Assembly: GCF_006345805.1 (NCBI RefSeq)
Contig: NC_043009.1
Location: forward strand, 4,960,001 to 5,024,000
Length of the DNA: 64,000 nucleotides
Direction of reading: 5' to 3'
Source of the DNA: Octopus sinensis
Lineage: Eukaryota
Below, piece after piece: positions 27,910 to 39,959 of the stretch. The stretch's first letter is position 1. The number at the start of each line of letters is the position of its first letter. The notes beneath the pieces are model-generated. The model did not search any database. It saw only the letters and a program-made list of their open reading frames with translations, and had not been told where the DNA came from. The translations under genes and the position numbers were made by a program.

Positions 27910-28650
27910 TTACTTCATTTGGTAGGTGATTTGAAAGCCGCACACATTAACGTGCAAGGTAGGTGAATGGGGAACTTATGACTTACGAGTTCGAACCGGG
28001 CCACAACGACGCGAAAGTCACCAAAAACATTTGTAATGAGAAAGATGAAAGCACAGTTGATCAAAGCGCAATGAGCAGATGGTTCACGAAATTTCGCTGA
28101 GATGCAAGCTCCTCGACGATCAGGCATTGTCAGGTAGGCATAAAACCGTAGATTCCAAGGCCGTGATTCAGGCCATAGAGGTAAATCCGGTGAGCAACGC
28201 TGGGAATGTATCGAATTCACGGATGCATTGGGCGTCGAAAATACCATCCATTGATTAGAAGAATGCGTGTTCTGCAGCAAGACAGTGCAGATTTTGGGAG
28301 ATGGGACCATCTCCAGAAACTTGAGAGAATTGAACTGATGACGCAATCAGCATATAGGTTGAACTTAGCTCCATTGGATTATTGCTTGTTCCAATCCATG
28401 GCCCACTTCCTGTGCTCACGACCTTTCATCAGCCGAAAAAAAAATGTGTAAGCTTCAATGATGGAGTTCTTCGAATCGATGAACAAGAACTGGTGTCAAC
28501 GTGGGATCAAATACCAGGTTGAAAAGTGACTTCAAGCGATGCACACGATACCTTTTACTTCTAATACCTGGTTGCCTTTGTTGTATCTTGAATAAAGCAA
28601 ATACGTTAACAAACTATTTTCAGAACGTTTGACTCAATATATTTTCTTTT
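27910..28650 (+). mobile_element. Mariner transposase remnant with internal deletion
   Basis: LMTYEFEPGHNDAKVTKNICNEKDESTVDQSAMSRWFTKFR (HTH) joined to VLQQDSA...AYRLNLAPLDYCLFQSMAHFL (the QQDNA and YSPDLAPSDY motifs). Confidence 0.8.
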
Positions 28651-28926
28651 AATGACAAAATCTCGCTTGTCCAGTTTCGGTCTTCCATTATGTACATGGA
28701 AAGAGAAAATAGTGTGTGTAAACTCGGAATTGTTTGGTTGGTGTACCCTTGGTATTCCGCTGGTCTGATGACGTAACTTTCTTTAATTGTATGAATTTGC
28801 AAATATACAATTGAAATGTCGAATGCTGAATATACGCATAATCCTTCCATGCTGAAATTAATACTATATTAAAAAAGATTACAATACAGCCGCAATCCCA
28901 TTAAGATCAACTCGTTACATGAATAT

Positions 28927-29368
28927 ATATTTCTTTACTGCCCACAAGGGTCTAAACATAGAGGGGACAAACAAGGACAAACAAAGGGATTAAGTCGATT
29001 ACATCGGCCCCAGTGCGAAAATTGTACTTTATTTATCGATCCCGAAAGGATGAAAGGCAAAGTCGACGTCGGCGGAATTTGAACTCAGAATGTAACGCCT
29101 CAAACTTCAATTCCTATGACTTTGTACCAAATACCTATTTCTTTACTACCCCCAAGGGGCTAAACACAGAGAGGACAAACAAGGACAGACAAACGGATTA
29201 AGTCGATTAAATCGACCACAGTGCGTAACTGGTACTTATTTAATCGACCCAGAAAGGATGAAAGGCAAAGTTGACCTCGGCGGAATTTGAACTCAGAACG
29301 TAACGGCAGACGAAATACCGCTAAGCATTTCGCCCGGCGCGCCAACGCTTCTGCCAGCTCGCCGTCTT
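28927..29368 (-). mobile_element. Two tandem SINE family B copies (28927-29100 headless; 29135-29368 complete)
   Basis: Both contain gaaaggatgaaaggcaaagt(c/t)gac...ggcggaatttgaactcagaa. Confidence 0.9.
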
Positions 29369-29471
29369 CGTTACATGAATATAATTCTCCTCTCAAACTT
29401 TTAGCCTTTATGATTGCATATATGTGTATGTGTGTTTGTGTATGTGCATGTCTGTATGTAGGTGCGAGTGA

Positions 29472-29700
29472 AGGCGTCTGATTAAATGGTTAGGGCATTC
29501 GTTCATCATTGCGAGGTCGTAAGTTCGCTACCTGCCGGCGCGTTGTATTTTTAGGCAAGACAATTTATTTCACATTACTACAGTACATTCAGCTGACAAA
29601 AATATGTAGGGCATGTATGAGAAATATCCAGCCTTGCCTCGTTCTGTGTCATGTTCAAGATTCCTGACAACTGCGTTAAAGGTACGCGTGTCTGCATCGT
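29472..29700 (+). mobile_element. tRNA-derived SINE family E, diverged
   Basis: tgattaaatggttagg A-box, gtaagttcgctacc B-box-like, then ttgtatttttaggcaagacaatttatttcac. Confidence 0.6.
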
Positions 29701-29826
29701 CGTGACTGACTGAGTACTAGTGTGTGTATGTGTGTATGTGTTTGTGTGTAAGTGTGTGTGTATTTATGTACGAGTGTGTGCGTGTATGTATATATATATG
29801 TGCGTATATCTATCTATCTATCTATC

Positions 29827-29905
<79 letters not shown>

Positions 29906-29924
29906 GTCTGTCTGTCTGTCTGTA

Positions 29925-29985
<61 letters not shown>

Positions 29986-30278
29986 ATTATCTAACTATCT
30001 ATCAATATGTATATATATTATATATGCATAAATATATGCGTGAGTTTGAATGACATTTATATGATGATACGTTTTTGTATTATGTTCACGTGCACACATC
30101 AACATATATGAATTTGCGCTTATACTAATGCAACTACACATTAACTCCCTTATGTTATCTTAAACAAATCCAGTTCCACGGACACAATCATACACAGAAA
30201 CACGTGAGCACACACGCACAAACACATTCACATGCAATAATTTTCCTATATACGACCCTATGAATGTGCGTGCGTTAT

Positions 30279-30337
<59 letters not shown>

Positions 30338-30338
30338 T

Positions 30339-30388
<50 letters not shown>

Positions 30389-30788
30389 TATATGTATGTA
30401 TACGTATATGTACACACGCACATACACGCACGCACGCATAGAAATATCGTTCAGGTGTAGGCATGGAAGTCTCTAAGTATGTGAGTTTAGATCTACGTCT
30501 AAGCTTGCGTAGGAAGTGTGTTGATATTAAATTTATGCTTTTTATATATATTTATATTTTTATTTCTCATTATATCTTATTGTCACTTTCACTCTGTAAT
30601 CATGTAAATCTATTTTATACATTCCGAATGCTGGAATTAACGTGATAAAATACTTAGTGATGCTTCTGTTTGTTAGTTGTAACTGTCATGTGAAAGCTAA
30701 CTCGTTCATTTGTAGTTGTTTTACTGCAAGTGTTGGTACAGGTGGAACAAGTGAAATATATGTATAAATTAAGATGGAAATCACTCAC

Positions 30789-30917
30789 CAAGTAGCGATA
30801 TATCTTGACTGAGTAGTCATTTAAAGTTTGTTAAGGATGATGAAGATGATAAAGATTGTACAGTCGAAATTCAGTATAGCAATTATTGTTTACAACTTCG
30901 CTAATTGGCACCATGAA
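30789..30917 (-). other. Candidate spliced exon (129 nt; UTR-like, possible terminal ATG MTTQSRYIAT)
   Basis: Acceptor tttgctctcattttctttag, donor ttg|gtgagt. An upstream donor ag|gtaagg at 31089/31088 gives a 171-nt intron. All three frames contain stops. Confidence 0.3.
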
Positions 30918-31782
30918 CTAAAGAAAATGAGAGCAAATTATCTAGTCAGAGAAAATTTATGTCTAATTACATTTCTTTCACTACATTAATATTATGTTTC
31001 ATTTTATTTTTTCTGACATCATATTCAGTAGCCTTATATTTACTTCGTAGATTCAATGCACAACCGAGCGCAGCTGCGTACACCTTACCTAATATCAAAT
31101 ACGTTATTGTTTTCTTCCATTTTTTTTTCTCAGTTGATTTTACTGCAAGTAATTTCTGTATAGTCCCTAGAAATGCTACTTTCTTGAAACTGGGGATTTC
31201 TATTTTAAGTTGTTGGTTCTCAGATACGATTTTGTATGCATTTTTTTCTCTTTTATGATTGCACAAACGCTAAATAACATAAGAATTGTTTCGAGTTTTC
31301 ATATTCTTATTTTTGAAATATCCAGATGTCTGTGTTCTGATTATTTCATAATTTCTTTTTTAGTGATATGCTTGCGAAGACTGACAATTCCTTTGGGAAA
31401 TGGAAGAAATCCATATATTAGTAATCCTTTACAGAAGTATCCTGGTTATCAATATTGATTCACAGGATTGTGTGGATCAATTAGTATATTCCTGAATAGT
31501 GCCGCACCGTCATTCCTCAGACATTTAATTGATTATTTATATAATAAAACTTTTAAGATGATAACTTGTATCTTTTACTTGTTTTAATCAACAAAGTGAG
31601 GTCAGGCGGCGGCATCGCGTTCAAGAATTTTAATAGAACGGATTCGGTACCAGTAATACCTTTTTTATAAACTATGTTACTTATACCTTCGGTACGTAAA
31701 CACACTAACACCGGTTGTAAAGTAGTTTGAGGAAAAAACCTCGAAGTCAAACACGCAGGTACATAAAAACATACATACATAT

Positions 31783-31857
<75 letters not shown>

Positions 31858-31896
31858 ATATATGTGTGTGTGTGTGGTGTGTGTGTGTATTATAAT

Positions 31897-31946
<50 letters not shown>

Positions 31947-32389
31947 ATATATATCTAATAATTCAAAGAGAGTTTGAGGTTTTGAAACCAACCAACTAAG
32001 GGATAGTATCTATCCAATATACTGCTGGGAGAATACCCAATTATTAGTACACGTGCTGGAAATAGCGTGGCAATAACACTAATGAGTGTAATAAATGGGC
32101 GAGTGTAAAAAGTGGTTTTACCCTTAATTTATACAGCAAGAAGGAAATGGAGGGAATCACGTGGTAGTATGCATAAACTGTTAGACATTGGAGATATTTA
32201 TTTCTCGCCTTTGTATATTAATGTTGTTCCAAATTATCTTAGCAAATTCTGGGCAGCTATGGTTTATTGGGGAAACAGATTTTTGAACTCATGCTTGTAC
32301 GAATCATTTCAGTGCTAGGACAAATTTAGGATGCTTATAAATAGCAGGACGTATTATAAGATCTTTCTTTTAAAAAATATATAAATAAA

Positions 32390-32461
32390 AATAACAATAA
32401 AAATAATAATAATAATAACAACAACATCAGCAACAACAATAACAATGATAATAATGATAAT

Positions 32462-32501
<40 letters not shown>

Positions 32502-32503
32502 GC

Positions 32504-32536
<33 letters not shown>

Positions 32537-32540
32537 AATA

Positions 32541-32589
<49 letters not shown>

Positions 32590-32593
32590 CAAC

Positions 32594-32665
<72 letters not shown>
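32390..32665. repeat. (AAT)n/(AAC)n microsatellite
   Basis: Direct reading. Confidence 0.95.
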
Positions 32666-33079
32666 TACATGTAGAATTATCTGAAAATTGTATTTAATAA
32701 ACTTTTAATTAATTTTTCATCCCTTTTGATTTCCAATAAATATAATCAGAAATATCATGCAAATATAATTCTCTAGTTACTTAGATTTGCATACATTTTA
32801 ATTATTATAATGGACTCTAATTAAATGGTTCAGATATCTGAACTAAACAGTTATATTATTTTATTTCTATCATCTGTTTAAATAATGTTGATACGACAAC
32901 TATAATTAGTAGTCATTTCAATATTATTTTAACAAAATAACAACATTCCACCTCCAATATAATCGCACGCATACACTGACACACAAACAATAAATAGCGC
33001 ACGCATACACTGACACACAAACAATAAATAGCGCACGCACACACACACACAGACACGTATATCTTTTATATATTTTACT

Positions 33080-33405
33080 TCCTTCAGTTATTGGAGTGCG
33101 GCCAAACTGGGGCACAATCTTGAAGGATTTTAGTCGCATGAATCGGTCTAACAAATATTTGAAATCCTATTGTATCGTTCTTTTTGCCGAACTGCTAACT
33201 TACAGGTATGTAAATGCACCAAAACAAGTTGTCAAACAGTGGTGGGAGACAAACATAAACACACACACACACTGACACACACACACATTGACACACACAC
33301 AGGCACACTCTGACACATACATATATGCGACGGGCTTCTTCCAGTTTCCCTCTACCAAACCCCTTCACAAAACTCTGGTATGCTCAAGGTTATCTGTTGA
33401 AAATC
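33080..33405 (-). mobile_element. SINE family A, headless and diverged
   Basis: gacgggcttcttccagtttccctctaccaaac and the tail in reverse complement. Confidence 0.7.
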
Positions 33406-33654
33406 ATGTGTACATCACACGTGTATTCTATATTAATAACAATATCTTGAGAGTAGGCGTAAAACTACTAAATAGATACTTTATGTCGTACAGCAGTTTT
33501 ATTATAACCAGGCGTGGTAGCACTAAACTACTTGAAATTAGCGGAAAAAACCACTTATCATATCAGAAGAAATTCATGCATGGCTGCATTTCCCGCAAAC
33601 TAGAGGAAACTTATATTATTGACAAGAACATCCTACATTTTCCTTCAATGAAAT

Positions 33655-33830
33655 ATACAGTGATTGTGTGGTAAGTAGATTGCTTACCAACTTCATGTTT
33701 CCGGGTTCAGTCCCACTGCGTAGCACTTTGCACAAGTGTCTTCTACTATAGCCTCACGCCGACCAAAGCCTTGTGAGCGGATTTGGTGGACGGAAACTGA
33801 AAGAAGCCGTCAAATATATGTTTATATATG

Positions 33831-33885
<55 letters not shown>

Positions 33886-34289
33886 TATATATATTATATA
33901 TATATATTTATATTACTCTTTCCTTTTTCTTGCTTTAGTCATTTGACTGGCCATGCTGGAGCAACGACTTTAGTCGAGCAAATCGACCGCAGGACTTACT
34001 CTTTGTAAGCCTGGTACTTTTTCTATCGGTCTATTTTGCCGAACCGCTAAGTTACGGGGACGTAGGCATACCGCCAACGTTTGTCAACCGATGTTTGGGG
34101 CGTGGGGACACAAACTCCTAAGCACATACACACACTCACATATATACATATATACGACAGGTTTCTTTCAGTTTCCATCTACCAAATCCATTCACAAGGA
34201 TTTAGTGGGCCCAAGATGCCTCGCAGCGGGAATGAACCCGGTACCATGTGGTTGGTAAGCAAGCTACTTACCACACAGCCACTTCTGCA

Positions 34290-34331
<42 letters not shown>

Positions 34332-34535
34332 TATGTGTATGTGCTTGTCCTCCATCATCGCTTGAGAACCGCTGTTGTTATGTTTACGTCCCCGTAACTT
34401 AGCAGTTCGGCAAAGAGATACCAATAGAATAAGTACTAGGCTTACACAGAATACGTCATGGTGTTTATTTGTTCGATCAAAGGCGGTGCTCGTCATGGCC
34501 GCTGTCAAATGACTGAAACAAATAAAAATAGAAAA
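33655..34535 (+). mobile_element. SINE A (head 33655-33815, tail 34325-34535) interrupted by an antisense SINE A (33925-34293)
   Basis: Head and tail halves on plus flank a complete minus-strand copy sitting in the internal (TA)n tract. Confidence 0.8.
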
Positions 34536-34976
34536 AAAAAATCACCTCTCGCATTGAAGGAAAAATCTCCACTATAATAAAGGAACTATTACCAAGGAAC
34601 AATAAAAAGAGAAGGATACACACAATTATAAATTTTCTATCACAAATTCCGATAGAAAATATCAATTGTGTCAATTGCAAGGTATCAAGCATGCCAGAAT
34701 TTAATCGAAATTATTTGCAGGTTACTACGTTTCTATCACACATCACATTAGTTCTAAAAACATTTTCAAACAGTATTGTCATGTTGTTCAAAGCAAAGAC
34801 ACACACGAAGCAGAATTTATTCAAATATTTAAAAATATAGAATTATAACGCGGCAGTAAACCAAAAGCAACACTCCGATTCTACTGTCTTGTAGGCATGA
34901 AGATATTACCTTACTTTATGGAAAATAAACCAGTCTGTTAACTGAATTGAAACCTTAAGTTCTTGTTTGCAGATTA

Positions 34977-35196
34977 TACGAGGATGTGCTCAAAAGATCC
35001 CGACGAAACATCACGAAAAGCCTTATTGGAGGCCCAACATTACGATTTCTCTTTTACAGGTCTTAGAAAAACTGAAGGACCGCTGCAATAAGTGTGCGAC
35101 TCTGAGAAGGGAATATGTTGAATAAAATCATAATTAGCTTATCCTCCTATAAGTCGCTTTGCTCAAAGCCAGGAAATTTTTCAGCACAACCTCATA
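34977..35196 (+). mobile_element. 220-bp mariner deletion derivative (MITE-like)
   Basis: TIRs tacgaggatgtgctcaaaag / tttttcagcacaacctcata with TA flanks. Retains the transposase C-terminus KLKDRCNKCATLRREYVE*. Confidence 0.75.
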
Positions 35197-35647
35197 TATT
35201 TTCATTTGCCCATTTTATCATAGAAAATCTGCACGGAGTGGGTGGCTTATCAATCACATCAAGGGCACCGTTCGTTGGGACTTATTTCATCGACCCCGGA
35301 AGCATAGAACGTGGAATTATGCTACGTCATAACAGAATCGCATAAAAACGTTCTGGAATCCCGGCCCTTTTGGAAGTGAGAATAAAGCAAAGCTAATTGA
35401 ATCCATCGCGGTAAATATTCTCCATTTGATTTTTCTGGACTGAATAAAAAAAAATCACTATCAAAGATATCCGTAAAGCACACATACATAAACAGTAACG
35501 AAAGAGGCGAACATCTGCATTAAACGGGATATATATAAGCCCATATCCACAATTGCCTTGCACCTATTTATATGCATACATCGCTTCACTCATATATTTG
35601 TTTCGTTAGTGGCCAGCTTTAATTCTGCGAAAAGATATCAAAAGACA

Positions 35648-35713
<66 letters not shown>

Positions 35714-35783
35714 ATGTTATATAGTAACATATGTACGTGTATAAGCCTATACACATAACCCTCTACACACACAACTATATTAT

Positions 35784-35819
<36 letters not shown>

Positions 35820-35820
<1 letters not shown>

Positions 35821-36055
35821 TTAATCCAAACATGAAAACACAAAGGGAAAACACAACGCGAGGATGTGGAACAAATATAGTATTATTGGACGCTCATGAA
35901 GGAAGGGAAGAAGGAGGATTTAACGTTTCGAGCTGAGATCTTCGTCAGAAACATAGGAAAGGGAAAGATCCAGAGAAGGGAAGACGGAGGAAAAAAATCG
36001 CCAACGGTACACACGCGGTCACACACACACACACACACACATACACACACACACA

Positions 36056-36115
<60 letters not shown>

Positions 36116-36172
36116 GTTGTGTGGTGTGTGGTGTGTGTGTGTGTGACCGCGTGTGTACCGTTGACGATTTTT
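35820..36172 (-). mobile_element. Penelope-like fragment (family P6) with HHR motif and terminal inverted duplication
   Basis: Homologous to 43530-43735. Minus 35953-35918 reads uguuu-CUGACGA-A-gaucucagcuc-GAAACGUU-aaa. Inverted copy 35992-36050 / 36120-36172 around (CA/TA)n. Confidence 0.65.
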
Positions 36173-36374
36173 TTGTCCCACCATTGAATGATTAAGAACA
36201 TTCTAAAGTAGAAACAGTTGTTATCATAGAATATAGAGTAGCCTTATACATGTTTATATATATATATTATATATATATATAAACATGTATGTGCATGCAT
36301 AAATACGTACGCATAAGGCTACTCTATATTCTATGATACTTTAGAATGTTCTTAATCATTCAATGGTGGGACAA
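36173..36374. mobile_element. Fold-back/MITE-like element with about 65-bp arms around a (TA)n core
   Basis: ttgtcccaccattgaatgattaagaacattctaaagta...tatcatagaatatagagtagccttat and its reverse complement at 36313-36374. Confidence 0.8.
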
Positions 36375-36439
36375 CCCAGATAAATTAGCAAATGAAACAT
36401 GCAAACATTCGTGCATACATACTTGCACATACTTACATA

Positions 36440-36750
36440 CACACAAGATGGTAGTCATGCCATTGACCGGATTACTGGTTGTTGTTATACATCGCTTGTC
36501 ACAATGTGCTTCGCACGGTTTTACTCTACGAATGATGTCACCCTGCTGGGTAAGCAAGCAAGTGAACACATCCCTTGATCAGAACAATATTCCGTCACGG
36601 GGTTACCCCGTTGCAAAAGAGTGGATTGTAGCGGCGTGAAGTAAAGTGTTTTGCATATAAGAACACAACGCGTCGCTCCGTCCAGGAATCGAACTCACGA
36701 TGAAGCAATTGCGACTGCAGCACCCTAACCACTAGACCACGCACCGTAAT
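36440..36750 (-). mobile_element. tRNA-derived SINE family D
   Basis: Reverse complement reads ggtgcgtggtctagtggttaggg (A-box), gagttcgattcc (B-box), ttgtgttcttatatgcaaaacacttt block. Confidence 0.8.
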
Positions 36751-36765
36751 GTATACAGACATGCT

Positions 36766-36837
36766 TACGGTGGAGTACTGAAAAGTTCCTCTATTTTCAT
36801 TTACCCAAAGCCAGGAACTTTTCAACATCCCCTCATA
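36766..36837. mobile_element. 72-bp mariner-type mini element (two TIRs only)
   Basis: tacggtggagtactgaaaagttcct ... aggaacttttcaacatcccctcata; the TIRs resemble those at 34977-35196. Confidence 0.55.
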
Positions 36838-37561
36838 TACACACATGCATACATACATACATTCATACATACATACATACATACATGCATGCATAGGCAC
36901 ATGCATGCGCACTTCCATCTAACTATACGTGAATTGATAACAATTCATCTTTCCATACAATAATATATTATTATTTTATGCTAACTTCAGATACAGATAG
37001 AAAGATAATGGCAGATGACAATAAATCAATGAAAAATATCTTATTTATTAGCAGACAACACCAGAAACATATCGGTGACAGCATATTTCCTCCACCGTAA
37101 CAAAATCACATCGTAGTACAGAGAAGAAACGAAACCTCATGAGATTCAGTGACAGATCTTCCTTAGTATTTATTTAAAAAGGTTACAAGTCTCAGCCTAG
37201 AATCGATCTCAAACATTAAACGTCTTAAAATAAAGACGAGATATGTTGACTCAGGTAATTCTACCTTGCATTTTTCTGGCCACCTAAATAAGATTGGAAT
37301 ATCAAGGTTGTGTTAGTTCTGACTATTATTTTTACGATATATTCTAAAACGCAATAAGAACGGCAATAGCCGCAAAAAGAGGTGCCGGTTTGAAATCGTG
37401 GCCAATAAATTAAACACTAATACGCTTTTCAGTCAGATTTCTCATAACTCAGGTATTTAGTCGTACAAGAACACACACAAAAGCATATACAGACAGGCAT
37501 AAATGACTGCCTGTCTGTCTATGTATCTATCTATGTATCTATCTATGTATCTATCTATGTA

Positions 37562-37632
<71 letters not shown>

Positions 37633-37640
37633 ATATATAT

Positions 37641-37922
<282 letters not shown>

Positions 37923-38340
37923 TTATCTATCTACATATTTATTTATCTATCTATTTATCCATCTATCTATCTATTTTGTATACGATAAATGTATGCATAT
38001 ATATATATATATGTGTGTGTGTGTACGTGTGTATGTGTGTGTGTATGAGCGCGCGTGTGTGCGTGTATGTATGTATGCATGTATATATGCATGTATATAT
38101 GACAATTACAAAGCACCAATCAATAAAGATAATGAAGTAGTGAATAAATCAGTATAATTCGGCTGTCACCTTCTAATGCAGACAATACTCCTCCCACTGA
38201 TACCTATATATTTCTAAGACAACAACAAGAACAGCAACAACAACAACATAATGTCTTAATCATTCACTGTACAAACATACATATATACACTCACACATTC
38301 ACATACACTTGCATACATATATATATTATATATATTATAT

Positions 38341-38388
<48 letters not shown>

Positions 38389-39379
38389 CGTGTGTGCATG
38401 GATGTATAGAGATATACGCATATACGTGTGCATAGATATATGTATATACTGACAGGGATTTATATATATATAGTATAATATATATATATATATATATACA
38501 TATATTACATATATATATAATACACGTATAGATATACACACACATATATATATATACACCTACATATATATATGTACATATACATATATATATATACATA
38601 CACGCACACACACATATATATTATATGTATATATATGTATGCATGTATATAGATATCTATGTATATATGTATGTATGTATGTGTGTATGTGAGAGTGTCT
38701 GAATGAGTCAACACCAAGAGGAGACTATACGACCTTGTAGTATCGATCAAGAAGACAAAGAACACCGTCAAGAATAAAAAAATCAATACGAGTCATTAAT
38801 CTCCAGTGCAAGCTTCACGCGTTCTCTATTAATGCAACACTATCGCCTTATCTCTCTTACCATCTCTACGTCTATGACAAGCTCTCGCTTTCACTCAGTT
38901 ACTTAATATCTTGCTCACACATACAGTTAATCTCTCTCATTCATACTCTCTCATTATCTATCTCTGTCTCTCTCTCTATCTGTCTCACACTATCTTTCTC
39001 TGTCTCTCTCTCTCTCTGTCTCTCCATTCTGTGTTTCTCTCAATACCGCTTTCTCTCGTTCTCTCTTGCTCTCTGTGATCTAAGTATTTTAGTTGCTTAC
39101 AGTCTGTATCCTGTTACTATCATCAGAAAAGATCGTCTTCGTTATCATCATCATCGTCATCGTCATCATCATCATCATCATCATCGTCGTCGTCGTCGTC
39201 ATCGTCATCATCCATATTACTGCGTCCATCTTACATCAAAGTATAATACGACCACAACCAACCAAGTCGCCACAGAAGAAACATTAACAAACTTCCTTGT
39301 TCATACTACACATGCACGCACACAAATACGTATACATATACATATACATATATATATTATATATATATATATGTCTATA

Positions 39380-39410
<31 letters not shown>

Positions 39411-39546
39411 TATATACAATAATGTATATATATATATTATATACATATATACATATATATAAATATAGATATGTGTATATGTATGTATATATATATATAG
39501 ATATATATATATATATATTACATTTATATATATATATATAAATGTT

Positions 39547-39578
<32 letters not shown>

Positions 39579-39603
39579 ATATAAATATTTATATTATATA
39601 TAT

Positions 39604-39820
39604 AAAATGGAAACTGGATCTCTTCTTGTTGGAAGTCCCAGATGAACCTACCTCACGACAGGAGACGCGGATGCGGGCAGCAGCATCGAACTCCTTGTTG
39701 ATCAAGTGCCACGTATCAGAGGTGGATTCACAAACTAGTGTGGCTCATTCAGCGGTGGTGCCCCAGCATGGCCGCGGCCTTGGGCTAAAAACATTTTTAA
39801 GGATTTAAGGATTTAAGGAT
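39604..39820 (+). mobile_element. 3'-terminal fragment of a CR1-type LINE (second subfamily)
   Basis: Encodes KLDLFLLEVPDEPTSRQETRMRAAASNSL, homologous to the ORF2 end at 49734-49870. Tail is (TTTAAGGA)n. Confidence 0.85.
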
Positions 39821-39959
39821 ATATATATATATATATGTACATAATATATATATATAATATATATATATATATAAATAGATACGTCTATATGTATATATAT
39901 ATATATTATATATAAAGATGTGTATATACATATATATACATATATAATTTTGACTACTT

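Noticed and set aside
28620-28850. 76-aa minus-strand ORF starting just after a phase-2-compatible acceptor
   Set aside because: No recognisable protein, no good donor, and the end runs into a mariner remnant.
31150-31260. Minus-strand KIEIPSFKKVAFLGTIQKL resembling an R4/Dong C-terminus
   Set aside because: Too short and diverged to call.
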